This document shows, in pieces, positions 36,613-48,835 of a DNA stretch of 64,000 bases. Under the pieces are notes generated by a model. The model had not been told where the DNA came from. It saw only the letters and a program-made list of their open reading frames with translations, and ran no database searches. The position numbers and the translations under genes are program-made. The stretch comes from Lama glama (taxonomy: Eukaryota): positions 36,580,001-36,644,000 of the forward strand of contig CM052837.1 in the NCBI GenBank assembly GCA_028534125.1, given 5' to 3'. Position 1 is the first letter of the stretch; each line of letters begins with the position of its first letter.

Positions 36613-38559
36613 GTCACAGTGGGGAGCGGGCTTGCCCCCGAGGGGGGTCCCAGCCACTGCTAAGGAGAGACCCACCCTGACTCCTTCCACCAGCCCCTCA
36701 GCTCTGCGTTTCCTGCACATGTGTCTCCTGAAAGAAGTCTGGGGACATCAAGGGGTATCTTCTGACTGGGGCCTCCCTCTTCCTGGCCGAGCCGGCCCCC
36801 TCCCCCGTTCCCCACCAGCCGTGAAGCTGGCGGCCTCCCATGATCCGGGCCCCATCCACCCAGTGACCTTGGGCACATCTTTCCCCCCCTTGCTGGGCTG
36901 CGCCTCCTGTGAAACCTGGGGGCTCCCTGGCCCACCTTAGCTGCTTATGGGCTGTTCTTGGGCCGAGAGTGGTGGGCACATGGCTGTGTGGCCTGGTGAT
37001 GCTGGCTGAGCTGCGCGCCTGCCCTGGGCATCCCGGCGCTTTAATTACACTGCGGAGGAGCAGGCTGGCACCCACCCACGGCCGCCACCTGGGGTGCCCG
37101 CCCTTATTGTCCCCTGTCCTCCCCACGTGCTCCCAATTCCGAGATGCTGCCGTCCCTTCCCTCCCCCTACCTCTCCTCGCCCCCCGTCTCTGTGTCCCCC
37201 CTGCTCCTTTCTCCAAACACTGCCTCCTGCACCCTCCGTGGAAACAGCTGAGCCCTCACCTCCCTCAGGGGTCCCTGCTCCCCGTGAATGAGCCACCTCC
37301 TTTGGCGGACTGGCTGACCGTACCCCTCAGAGCTCCACGGTGATGGGGGCAGCTTCTCAGGGCTGACAGGGCTCAGGGAGCCCCAGAGTCACCTGCTCTC
37401 CCCACTTACCCTGTCCTGTCCCCCCGGCCAGCTGGTCTGCAGGTCCAGCCCGCAGCACATGCATCCCCGACTGGCCTTAGACTGCCGACAGCGGAAGCGG
37501 CGGTGCAGGTGCGGCTGGAGCTGCAAGGAGGGCGGGGCTTGGACGCTCTGAGGGCTCCCGGAGGGCACACGGAGGCTGCAGCGGCCGCCCCCTAGGGCCA
37601 TGGGACCAGCCGGCCTCAGGACCTCAGGGCTCTCCTGGGCCCCCCAAAACAGCTGGGACACGGCCCTGAGGAGGGGGTGGGGGTGCTGCCAAGACCCTTG
37701 TGCTGCCCTCTTGCCCGCGGGGACCCTGCCTGGTGAGGAGTGTGGATGTGACTTAATGGTTGTGGTTTCTGGGGATGGGGCCTGGGGAGTGGGGCCACAT
37801 CTCTGAGGGGCCAGCATTTCAGTAACATGAATGATGTGGAGGCCAAACCCCTCCCCTGCCCGTTACACATCCATGGGGTCTGGTGGCCTTTGGATGCCAG
37901 CCTGGGCCCTCCATTCAATGAGCGCAGAAATGGGGCCAATGGGGCCAGAGGCACGAGGCAACTTCCTCTTTGCAGAGGGAGCCAACTGCAAACACGGGCA
38001 TGCCCCTAGCTGTCCAGCATGAGCCCGGGAGACGCTGCCAGCCTGGCCAGCTTGCTCTGAGCCCCCCACCTCCTGGAGGAGCCCCACGGGGCAAGGGTGC
38101 TCTTGGAGCCTCCTCCCTGGCTGCAGGATGAAACCTCATCAGCAGACGCTCTGGAGCCCAGCTGTGCTGTCACCACCACTGAGTCAACGTGCCGAGCACC
38201 CTGGGTGGGGGTCCCGGGGTGGGACCCTCAGCCTATTCTGCTGCTCCAGCCAGACCAGGCCCGAGTCAGGCTAGAGTGGGTCTGGGGAGCCCGATAGGGC
38301 GAGTGAGGGCTGGGCGAGACCCACAGTGCCCGGGCAGAGTCCCTCCCTTTAACCTCTCTGTTCTCCCTTCCCCTGGGAGCCCTTTCCAGAGAGTGGGATT
38401 GTAGCAGTCATTAACACTTTAGTGAGACTTAAGTCAGCCTGCTCTGTCTTCCCAGGGGCTTTGCGGTGGCCACTGTTTACAGTGTGCCTGTTGGATTTTG
38501 GCCCTGGGCTGCCTGCTGGGTGTGCCATGCCTCCCTGAGGCAGGCAGGGGTGCCCCCAC

Positions 38560-38665
38560 CCTTCCATTTTAAAGACGAGAAAACTGAGGCTCAGATAAAT
38601 GAACTCACCCAGAGTCTTACTGCACGTGTGGTGGGAACACGCCTGACCCGGGAGGGTCTGAGTCG
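38560..38665 (-). mobile_element. MIR fragment
   Basis: CCATTTTAAAGACGAGAAAACTGAGGCTCAGA. Confidence 0.7.
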
Positions 38666-41600
38666 ACCTCTGGCCATCACGATGATAACGATGATTTAGT
38701 GGGGAGGCAAGAATCCCAGTAGGAATGACAGAAGAGGCTTTGTTCCGGCTCCATACATTCCCAGTGTGGGGAGCAAGGGTTCCAGCCTGCTGGGGGTCAT
38801 GTAAACTGCCTCTGGACTCCAGATCAGCCGGGGCCAGCTCACGCTGCAGGCCTGATCCAGCTGCCTGTTCGGGTGCTGACTGGGGAAGGGACAGGCTGCG
38901 GAGCATGGGTCACCTCCAGCCCTGTCCTGACCCAGCGGGGGGCATTCTCACGGGCGGGCACTGACGTTTCCCCCTTCTCGCCTCAGCAGTGGGACTATGG
39001 GGGACATGCAAGGTGTGCCCAGGAGCCCCGGGGGGGCTCCTGCCTCAGGTGGGGGAGCCTCGTGAGCCAGCCCCTCCCCCACACCCAGCACAGATCCCCC
39101 TCCGTCCCTGCACCTGTCCGTTCCTGGCCTTTAAATAGCTGTGACTAGGCCCTTGCCCCACCCTCCCCTGCTGGGGCCAGCACACAGAACACGGGCTTCC
39201 CAAAAAAGCTGCCCCTTCCCACTGCCCATGGGCAGGCTGGCCTGCCCTGAGCGCAGCAGGAAGGTGGCCAGAGGACACCCCGGGTTGGGTGGCTGGAGAG
39301 CCAGGACGCCCGGGTTCCCACTTGCTGCGATCGTGAGGTGGGACCAGAGGCCGGGTGAGGGGGCTGGCTTCTGCAGCCGCCAGGTGGCCCGTCTGCAAGG
39401 CCTGGGAGGGGTCCCTGCGTGGCCACCCTTACCCTTCTGGGCCCGTGTGCTGCCTTCTCCCAAAGGCTGTGGTCACTTCGGCCCCTTCTGTGCCCGGCCG
39501 GTCTGGGCGCGGCCGGGCGGGGGCCTATTGGGGTGGTTGTCCCCGAGCCGAGCGGAGCCATGAGAGCCCCTCTCCGGCGGCACCTCGGTGCTCTGGCTCG
39601 AGGCTATTTTTAACCTGCGTGTGGTAAGTGCATTTCTTCAGGAAAACCACTCTCCTGATCAATCCCGCAGCTGCCGGCGTGGACACGCACTGGCTGGGCC
39701 GCCCAGGCTGTAACCGGAACCCAGCAGCTGACCGGGGCAGGATAAATCCGGCTCCTTCGACAACTGTGTCCTGCTGGTCTTATCTAGTTACGGACACTCG
39801 TCCCCAGACCGCTGTGGCTCCTTAATATAACTCTGAAATCACGCCTGGTGCCGGGGCAACAGCTGGGGCAGAGGGCTTGGGGACCGGGTCCCCCAGTGAG
39901 CACGGCAGAGTGATGGTGGCCTGAGAGGCCCGCCCTCTGGAGGGTGAAGCCAGGACTTGCTCTTGGTGGTGAGGGCTGCCCTGGTCGCTGGCCCCATGGG
40001 GCTTCGGGGGCTGGGGGGCGGGGCTGGGGCTGGGCTTGCGGGGGGCCGAGATCCCCTCGAGCTTTCCAGGCGCGCGAGGGACCTGGCTCTGGGGAGACTC
40101 GCCCACTCTGACATCACCCTTCTTAGCACGCCCTGAGCCACCCCAAGCCCGGGGTTCCTGAGCAGCGGCGGGTGTGGCTCCCAGGGACAGAAAGCACGGA
40201 GGAAGGGACCCGTCTGCTCTGGGTGCAGCACGGGGGAGGCTGAGCGGCAGGGCCGTGGGGGCTGAGAGGGACAGTCGCTTCTGCAGCATAGCCTTCGCCC
40301 TGTTAGTTAAAACAAAACACATGCATATCGTCTTGGAAGAAGATGAAAATAAAAACCTAGCAAGAGCAATGATGGCCTTAATGATGGTAACACAGCGCCA
40401 GGCACGGGTGGAGGGCCAGCGCCCACCCTGCCTGGGCCAGACTCTCCCAGGGCTGGGGTCCCCCGCACCTCCCCAGGCCTCTCCTGGTGCCCCGTTGTTA
40501 CCAGACCCCCCACTCCAGCTCTCCCTTCACTGGGGGGCCTCGGGCCGCCCCTGCGTTGTGACACACCCGCACCCTGTGCCTCCGGCTGGAGTTCTCAGGC
40601 CACGGAGAGCAGCGGGCGCTCCTGGGGGCAGGGCAGGTGGCACCGCGTCTACTGCCCCCTCCCAGGGTCCTGAGCACCAGCGGGGACTTGAAGCCCAGCC
40701 ACCTGCTTGTGGCGCTGTCTCCAGTGAGAACCAGACAAGGATAAATGGCACAGTCTAGGACCATCTGTTAAACAGTAAACTCCATGAACGCCGGGATTTC
40801 TTGTGCTACGGGCCCAGCCATTTACTCCAGAGGTGCTACGTTAATGTCACATGCAGTATGAAATTTTTAGTGGGCATTCATTGAGCCAATGATATAATTA
40901 CAGCCGTAAGTTGAGAATTCCTCTAGTCCCCGAGGTCAAGAGTGAATCTGTAAGTATTTACCTTCTCCCTGCAAAGGGAAAAAGCGTTCCGAATGAGTTC
41001 ACAGGGAATCCCATATTTGCCCCGTCCGGGAGCCAGGTCCCCCTGCAGACTGGCAGGCCCTGGTGTCTTCCCGGCGTGGGCTTGTGAACACGTAAGTGAT
41101 GCCCACCGGGCAGAGGCCAAGCACGGCCGCTCAGGGAGCAGGGTGTCGGTAACCAGATCTTGCAGCAGGACCGTGTCCCCAGCACTGATGTACGGAGCCT
41201 GCCTCCAAGCCCCCACCGCTGGCCAGACCACGGGGCCTGTCCCACCCCAAACCAGGCCCCCTGACCCCACCACACCCCAGGCCCTGGGCTGGGCCCTGGA
41301 GCCGGCGCTGCAGATGCCGAAGTCCAAAGAGCCGGCAGGGCGTCTACAAATGAGCCGGCTGGTGCGAGGCGTCAGAGCGCAGGGGGCCTGTGGAGGACTG
41401 GGAGCGCCCGCCCCCTGGGTGGACAAGGCCCCCGTTCCTGTGCACGGTGCCTATCGGGAGGTCCCAGGAGCTCAGGGCTGCTGGCTCGCGTGGGCCGGAG
41501 CAGGCCACCGACGGAGTGGCTTCGGCCAGGGGCATCAGGCCTGTCAGACTGGACTTGCCTGTGGACATGACAGCCCGCCCCGCACAGGGCTGGGCGTGAA

Positions 41601-42438
41601 GCAGGCGCTCGCCACGTTTGTGGAGTGACTGAGCGAACTGCAGATGAAGTGAGAGAGAGTGCAGGGAGCGGCTGGTGGGTGGACAAGAGAGTGGGAGCCG
41701 GGGCCGCTAGGGAGGGGTCGTGGTGAGGACAGGACGCCGGCCTTCTCTGGTCTGGCCCCTCCTCCACCGTCAGCTCCGAGCAGGTGGAAGTGGGGTCGGT
41801 GATGAGAGCCCCTCCCCAGGGCTCAGTGCTCAGCGGGCCCGGCCAGTCTGACCAGTGGGGAGGGAAGGTTTGAGAAGTGGGGAGGGGACTCTGTCCTCCT
41901 GGGGCACATCGCCTGGTGAAGGAGGCCACGCAGGACAGATGACCGCACGGAGAATGCAGTGTAACAAGCCTCAGAAACACTCAACAGAAGAGCGGGATGC
42001 TGATGGTCATCAAACAGGAGGGCAGCTGAGTCTGGGGTGACAGAGGCTTCTCGGGGGAGGAACCATTAACCTGGGGCAGGTCACCAGGGAGAAGAAGGGG
42101 CACGCTGACCCCAGCCCTGGCCCCTCCGGAGCTGCTGCCCCCCATGCCGGGCGGGGTCTGCAGCCCCTGGAGCTATGCTGGGCCCCCCGGCCTTGCTCGC
42201 GGCTCCCTGGGCCCCCGTCCCTGGCAGGAACCTGCCGAGACCGCTGGCTCTGGCTTTCCCGTCAGGTGCGGTGAAGCGGCGGTCACCCCGGGTTCAGGAA
42301 CGTCCGGGCTTCTCCATCACGCTTCAGCTTCTTATTCACACTGTGGCTTTCTGGGTTCCAAACCATGTGTCCATGATGATCTCAAGTATGTGCAGTATTT
42401 TCAATATAGAGGAGGCTATGAATTGCTATAGTAGTAAT

Positions 42439-43790
42439 TTTTTTATTTTTTAATAAAATTAATGGACAGTTTTTGGGAGAAGTTTTAGGCTTACAGGAAA
42501 GTTGAGTGTAAAGTATAGAAAATTCTCACGTATCCCTTCCCTCTTACTGGAGATTCGTGCTGGCGTGCTCGTCTGCTGTGATGACGAGCCAGTGCGGCGG
42601 ACTGTTGTTAGCTGAAGTCCTCGGCCTCGCCAGGGCTCGCTCTGCGCGGTGCGTGTTCTGCGTGTTTGGATGCATGGAGGATGACACGTGTCCCTCTCAC
42701 AGCGTCACACAGGGCAGCTTCGCGGCCCTAAAGCCTCTGTGCTCCATCTGTTCTTCCTTCCCTCCCCCCAACCCCTGGCAACCGCTCAGCTTTTTACTGT
42801 CTCCATAGTTTTTCCTTTTCCAAAATATCATACAGTTGGAGTCACACGTTTTCAGAATGGCTCCTTTCACTTAGTTAAGTGCATTTAAGGTTCGTCCATG
42901 TCCCTTCATGGCTTGATAGCTCATTTCTTTTTATCACTGAGTAATATTCCGCTGTCTGGATGGACCCCAGTGTATTCACCTGTTCACCTGCTGAAGGACA
43001 CCTTGGCTGCTTCTGAGCTCCGGCAGCTATGAGCACAGCTGCGGTAAGCATCTGTGTGCAGGTGTCCGTGTGGGCGTGGGTTCTCATACACCAAGGCGCG
43101 CAACTGCCGGATCGCGTGGTGAGCGTGTGTTCACGCCTTCCAGAGTGGCTGCGCTGCTCCGCCTTCCCACCAGCTGCGACGGAGGGCGCCTGCTGCTCCG
43201 CAGCCTCGCCAGCCCCTGACGTGCTGCTGCTCTGGGGTTCGCTTGTTCTAAGAGGAAGGTGGTGGAACCTCGTCGTTCTGACCTGCGTCTCTGAAGACGT
43301 GTGATGGCAAGCGTCTCCTCACGTGCTTGCTCTCACCTGCAGCTCAGCTCTGGTGCGGAGTCTCTCGGGGTCATCAGCCTGCTTTTACTTCTGGTTGTGT
43401 TTTTCCTTATGAGGTGTAAAGAGTTCTTCGTAAATACTGGGTAACGGATATGTGTTTATCCTTTATCACATTTTTTTGAGGGGGAAGGTAATTAGGTTCA
43501 TGTTTTAATTATTCATTTGATGGAGGTGCTGGGGGTTGAACCCGGGACCTCGTGCCTGCTAAGCATGCGCTCTACCGGTTGAGCTATACCCTCCCCCATC
43601 ACGTGTGCTTTGAAAATACTTCCTCCCAACCGTGACTCGTCCTTCCTTCTCTTAACAGCGCCTTTTGCAGAGCAGAACTTGAAATTTCGGTGCCACCAAG
43701 TCATCAGTCTTTTCTGTCACGGGTCGTGCTTTTGGTTGGTGTTGTATCTAAAAAGCCACCCCCCAAACCAAGTTCCCTTCGTTGGAGCTG
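42439..43790 (-). mobile_element. L1MC-type LINE-1 3' fragment (interrupted by SINE)
   Basis: T-rich start, then AACCCCTGGCAACC...TTCACTTAG...GGCTTGATAGCTCATTTC...CCTGCTGAAGGACACCTTGG, typical of the antisense L1MC1-like 3' end; homologous to 46262-46905. Confidence 0.85.
43471..43597 (-). mobile_element. tRNA-Ala-derived SINE (camelid Vic-1-like), inserted in an L1
   Basis: Minus strand has A box TAGCTCAACCGG, CTTAGCA anticodon loop, B box GGTTCAACCCC, AACCTAATTACC tail and poly(A). ATCAC occurs on both sides (43465-43469, 43598-43602). Confidence 0.9.
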
Positions 43791-44398
43791 GTGTCCCTTT
43801 CAGAGGCAGAAGGGCTGAGTGCTTTTGCAGGCTTTTTGCTCCTGGTTTTATTTAGATTTATTTTTTTCGGTAAGCTGCAGTGCTCTCCGCTAAATCGCCA
43901 GGGGGAAAGCCAAGTACACGCTGAACTGGGCAAGACATGTTGAGTAAAAGTGAAGTTTCTCTCTGGCAACTTCCAACCAAAGCTGCTCTGGGACAGGAGA
44001 GGGAAACCCCCTTAGCAGGATGACGCTCTTCGCCTGACGTCAGGGTGGTGAGCTGCCCCGCCCCGTGTGCACCACAAGCCCGGGAACTCAGCGGAGTCGG
44101 CTCAGCCGCTGCTGGGGTGGGGCTGGGTGCCCTCAGCCCTGGTGGGCGCCCTTATAAAGAAGGGGCCGCAGAGAACAGGTCTCATTAAGGCACGATCTGA
44201 TGCGAACAGAGTGCGCACCACTCCCCCACCCCCCGGCTGGCTTGGGCAGGGGACGGCAGCCAGATGGGTCCGAGCTCGCCTGGAGCAGCCTTGGGGGCTG
44301 CTGGCGACGGGCAGACTGGCCCCTGCGCTGACCAGAGAGGTCTGTGGCTGCACTTCCTTACCCGTGCCATGGACCCAGCCCACCCAGGTCCAGGGGAC

Positions 44399-44713
44399 TG
44401 CTAAGGCCTGAATGTGTGTGTCACCCCAAATTCCTGTGTTGAAACCCCAATCCCCAAGGTGATGTATCAGGAGGCGGGGCCTCTGGGAGGTGATGGGGTC
44501 GTGAGGGCAGAGCCCCCCCTCAATGGAATTAGTGCCCCTTCCTCCAAGAGACGATGCAACAAGAAATCCGAAACCCGGAAGATGGCCCTCACCTGACCAC
44601 GCTGGCACCCTCATCTCAGACTCCAAGTCTCCAGATGGGGAGAAATAAATGTCTGCCGCGGATAGGCCCTCCCCCACCCCCCAGGTCTGCGGTCGTCATT
44701 CACAGCCTGGGTG
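44399..44713 (+). mobile_element. MaLR solo LTR (MLT1A-like)
   Basis: TG...CTGAATGTGTGTGTCACCCCAAATTCCTGTGTTGAAACC...AATGGAATTAGTGCCC...GCTGGCACCCTCATCTCAGACT...GAGAAATAAATGTCTG. Confidence 0.85.
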
Positions 44714-45089
44714 AACGTGTGGGGAAGGGAGGGCCAGCTTGGTACCAGCCCAGGTGGAGACGAACAGGAGGGTGAAGGAGGCAGGCTGTGCCGGTGCGCC
44801 CCTGTGCCCCCACCTGGGTGTGAGCTGGCGCCGGGGCCCCACTGCGGCACCTGTGCCGCCAGTGATACGACCGACGGGGCCGGGGCCAGGGACGCCTCCC
44901 CCAGCGCTGGCCTGTGGTGAGAGCAAGAAGGCCTCGCAGAAGCAGAAATACCATCCCTGCGGGCAGCCACTGGGGCACACTGGCTGCCGGGCGTCCCTCT
45001 GTCCACTGCGGAGGGGACGGTGGCCCCTGTGGCCCCTGATCAGGCAGGACAGCACTTGTTGGCGCCAAACCCAATGATTAATGTACAGG

Positions 45090-45555
45090 CTGCACCAGCC
45101 TCCTGTTGCTGCCGGAGCAAATCCCCATAAATCCAGTGGCTGAGAACAGCACGGATCTGTCACCTCATAGTTCTAGAGGTCAGAAGTCCAACACGGGTCT
45201 CCTGGGCTAGTATCAAGGGATCTGCAGGGCTGGTGCTCCTGGAGACGCCGGGGAGAGTCCGTTCCTGCGTCCGGAGGCCACCTGTGAACCGGCTCCCCCC
45301 CATCCTCGAAGCCAGCAGCTGGCACCTTCCAGTGTCTCCTGCCTCCTCATCACACTTCCTTCTCTCTGTTTCAAGGACCTTTGTCATCCTGTGTTCAGGC
45401 CACCAAGCTGATCCAGAATAACCTCCCCACTGAGGTCCTGAACTGCATCATGTCTGCGAAGGCCCTGTTGTCCTGGGAGGTGCCATGTTCACCAGCCGTG
45501 GGGTCAGGACAGGGGCTGTGTCCCTGGGGGCTGTGGCTCTGCCTCCTACATGGGG
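45090..45555 (-). mobile_element. MaLR solo LTR (MLT1D/E-like)
   Basis: CTCATAGTTCTAGAGGTCAGAAGTCCAACACGGGTCTC...CAGGGCTGGTGCTCCTGGAG...AAGGACCTTTGT...ATCCAGAATAACCTCCCCA. Confidence 0.8.
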
Positions 45556-46261
45556 ACGTGGTGACGTGCGATGTGCAGGTGGACCAGCCAGGAAGAGGAC
45601 GCTTTCTCTCTGGAGCGCGGCCCGAACCGCACCTCGCTGTGACTTTCTGAGCTGCAACCTGGCTTTCAGGAAAACTGGACAAGTCTTGGTGTCAGTCCTC
45701 CCAGGGGACAGAGTAGTGGCCCGTCCCTTCTGCATGTCATCTAATCCGATTGCCTTGCTTCAGCCAAAGGTCACCGCGGGGCTGGATTTCTGCCCTGAAG
45801 GAACTGCTGTCGTCGAGAACCAGGCAGAGAGGGGCTGCTGGGGGCCGGGGGCCGGCGGGGTGAGCGGGCTGCCCCGGAGCAAGGGGCCCCCCTGGCCCGC
45901 ACGCCGGGAGGAGATGCAGGCGAGAAGGGCTGCGGGGGAGCCGCCCCGAGTCCCGCAAACGATCACCCTCAGCCACCCAGCCGCCTTCCCCCCTCCCTGC
46001 CTTTCCCCCAGCACTCCCGGCGGTGGTGTCAGCCTGGGCTCCTCTCCTGGGGCAACCGCTGACCACGCCTGTGTCCCCGTCCCACCCTCGCCTGGCGGTG
46101 GCGCCCAGCTCCGGCTCCGCTCACGGTGGGTCCCCCAGGTCGGCGGAGCACGGCTCCTGGGGGACGGGGGGGCGCCCTGTCACCCTGACTACAGGTCAGA
46201 GGCAGGGCGGGCACAGTTGGGAGCAGACGTGGTCCTGTTTCCAGGGTCCCTCTGGTGAACT

Positions 46262-46905
46262 ATTTTTTTTTAAACAGCAGTTTTAGTTCTACAGAAAATT
46301 GCGCAGTGAGTACAGAGATTTCCCACGTGGCCCCGGTTCCCACACATTCACAGCCTCCCCCGTCACCCACATGCCCCACCGGATGGGAGGTTTGTCACGA
46401 CCGATGACCCTGCACCGGCTCGTCATCACCACCCGGAGTCCACAGTGACGTCAGGGCTCACTCCCGTGCGGTACCGTCCAGGGGCTTGGACAACTGTGCG
46501 ATGACATGTATCCTTTGTTGCAGCGTCACACGGAGCAGCTTCGCTGCCCTGAAGGTCCCCTGGGCTCTGCCTGGCCTTGCCTCCTCGCCCCTAACCCTGG
46601 CAGCCCCGATCCTTCACTGTCTATGGTTTTGTCTTTCCCAGAACGTCACTTAGATGGGCTCACACCGTCGCAGCTTTCTCGCACTGGCTTCTTCCCCTTA
46701 GTTAAACGCATTTCAGTCTCCTCCGTGTCTTTTCACGGCTTGACAGCTCATTTCAGTTAGGGCTGAGTAACGTGCCTCTGTCTGGACACATCCCGTTTAC
46801 GTCTCCGTTCTCCTGCGAAGGACACCCAGGCTCACTCCAAGTTTGGCAGCTGTGGATGAAGCTGCTGTGACACCCGTGTGCGAGTTTCCGTGGGGCAGCG
46901 CCTTT
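46262..46905 (-). mobile_element. L1MC-type LINE-1 3' fragment
   Basis: GCAGTTTTAGTTCTACAGAAAATTG...GTACAGAGATTTCCCA...GGCTTGACAGCTCATTTC; aligns by eye to the 42.4-43.1 kb copy. Confidence 0.85.
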
Positions 46906-46913
46906 CAGGCCTG

Positions 46914-47310
46914 GTGCTGGGCGGCGGCCCGTGTCCCCTGAGAATCTGTATGTGGAAGTCCTCGCCCTCAGGACCTCAGAGTGCGACCTTATTTGGACAA
47001 AGGGTGGTTGCAGAATTAATCAGCTAAGTTCAGGTCGCACTGGGGTAGCGTGGCCCCTAATCCAGCACAAGCGGCGTCCTTATGGAAGGGGCTCCAGGAC
47101 AGGCGCACTCACGGGAGAGCATCATGTGAAGGCGAAGGCCGAGGCCCGGATGGCGCATCTACAAGCCGGGCGCCAACGACGCCAGCAACCGGCATTGCTG
47201 GAGGGAGGCCTGGGGCAGAGCCCCCCACACCTTCAGGGCCGGCTTCCGGGCCTGGGGCCTGAGAGGGTCTGCGGGGGCTCGGTTGCAGTGGCCCCGGAAC
47301 AGCTACACAC
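46914..47310 (+). mobile_element. MaLR solo LTR (MLT1B/C-like)
   Basis: TATGTGGAAGTCCTCGCCCTCAGGACCTCAGAGTGCGACCTTATTTGGA...CCCTAATCCA...CATCTACAAGCC. Confidence 0.8.
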
Positions 47311-48194
47311 CCAGTGAGCACACACTTGGGCTACACATTCTCTCACTGGCCTCAGACGCCAGCGATGTTGCGGTGGTGTCACCCGTCTGCAGCTGGGGAC
47401 AGGGGGCTGCTCTCACCTTGCTCTCGCCGGCTCCTAGTGGGCTGAGGTCAGCTTGCCTGGGGTGGGGGGAGTTCCTTCCCAAAGAACAGGACCGTGAGCA
47501 GGCGGCCAGAGCAGCCCCCTGCTTGCACCCCTGTGGCCCTTCCGGGGACTTGGAGAGGGAGCAGCCTTGCCAACACCCCCAACGCTGCTCCCCCCCCCGC
47601 CCCGCCCCCGCCCTGGCCCCCGCCCGGCCCCCGCCCGGCCCTCTCCTGGCCGCTGGCAGCTGCCGAGGCAGCAGCGGCTATTTCTGCAGGAAAAGCAGAC
47701 TCGGCTTCTCCTCACTCCTTCACGGTGCGCCCAGGGCTCTGGAACCCCATTCGTCAAAGCCTCGGGCTAAGGAGGGCAGAGAGGGCAGAGAGGCAGTGGC
47801 CAGCCCTGGGATGACCTTGGCCGCGGGAAATGCCCTTTGTGATGTCAAAGTTAATTATTCCTGGGAGAATTGTCAGCGGGGCCCTAATGAATTGGAGATG
47901 CGCAGGCGGGGCTGCTCCCTGGCAAACTGGGCACGGGGAGCAGGGGCTGGGGGGCGCTGGGCACAGCCCCGTGTTTGGACCCGGCACCTCTGTGGGGCAC
48001 GTGGGGGTTTGAAGCTCCCGCTCCAGGCCTTGGTGGCCTTGGTGAGTGGGGGACGGTGGCAGACGGTGAGGTCACCGTGGAGTGCAAAGGGTCACAGGCC
48101 CAGAAGTGATGCGCTGCGAAGGCTTCCCTGCCTGCCCACCTCCCTCCCCGCAGCTGCAGCTCAGCCCCTGCTCTGGCCTCCCCTTGGCTCCGCT

Positions 48195-48400
48195 CTGGTC
48201 CTCTGGAAACCCCCAGGGGGTTCTGGTGTCCTTAGAATAAAATCAGAGTTCTTATCCTGTCCTGCAACCTTGCAGGAGGCTCTCCCAGCCTCACTCCCGC
48301 TCGTCTTGCGCTGCCTCAGCCTCCGGGGTCTTGCACATTGCTTTCCTGTTTGTACAGTTCTTTGTAGCCCCCCACCCCTCCCAGGGCTGCCTACCTCGTA
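48195..48400 (+). mobile_element. L2 fragment
   Basis: CTTAGAATAAAATCAGAGTTCTTA...GGGTCTTGCACATTGCTTTCC. Confidence 0.55.
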
Positions 48401-48749
48401 CTGGGGGCACTCAGCACATTTGGAATTATTTAGAATTGCAGAAAATGTCTGCTCTGATCTATTAGGAGCGTGGCAAGGGGGCTGAAGCCCTCCAACGTGG
48501 AAGGATGACCGCATGCATCAGACGTGCACGTGTTCCTGTAAGAGAACCCACCCCGCAGGCTGGTGTCCTGTCTCTCAACACGGCTAGCCGAACATGAGGA
48601 GCGCATTCTGAAAAGCTTCTGTGAATTTTGTAGGAGGTTCACATTCAAAGTGATGGCTGTCTTTAACTGAACACCCTCCGAAGCCAGAAGCTCCTCCAGG
48701 GGATGCCCGCATTGGCGCAGTCAGGGAGCGTCATCTGCGGTCGGAATTT

Positions 48750-48835
48750 TATTTTACAGACGAGGAATCGGAGGCACAGACAGCCTAACGGATTCACCTA
48801 GGCGACACGGCAGAGCCAGGAGCAAACACTAGGAT
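48750..48835 (-). mobile_element. MIR fragment
   Basis: ATTTTACAGACGAGGAATCGGAGGCACAGA. Confidence 0.65.

Noticed and set aside
43522-43597. Apparent tRNA-Ala(AGC) gene (also 1177-1251)
   Set aside because: Both copies carry a shared non-tRNA tail and stem mismatches; the 43.5 kb copy also has poly(A) and sits inside an L1. They are SINEs, not tRNA genes.
47283-48485. 400-aa ORF (also 18340..19425, 21235..22269, 21665..22681, 54785..55690, 62523..63638)
   Set aside because: Low-complexity P/G/R/A/S-rich translations with no recognisable domain, often non-ATG starts, and some run through MIR/L2/LTR remnants. Expected by chance in stop-poor GC-rich DNA.
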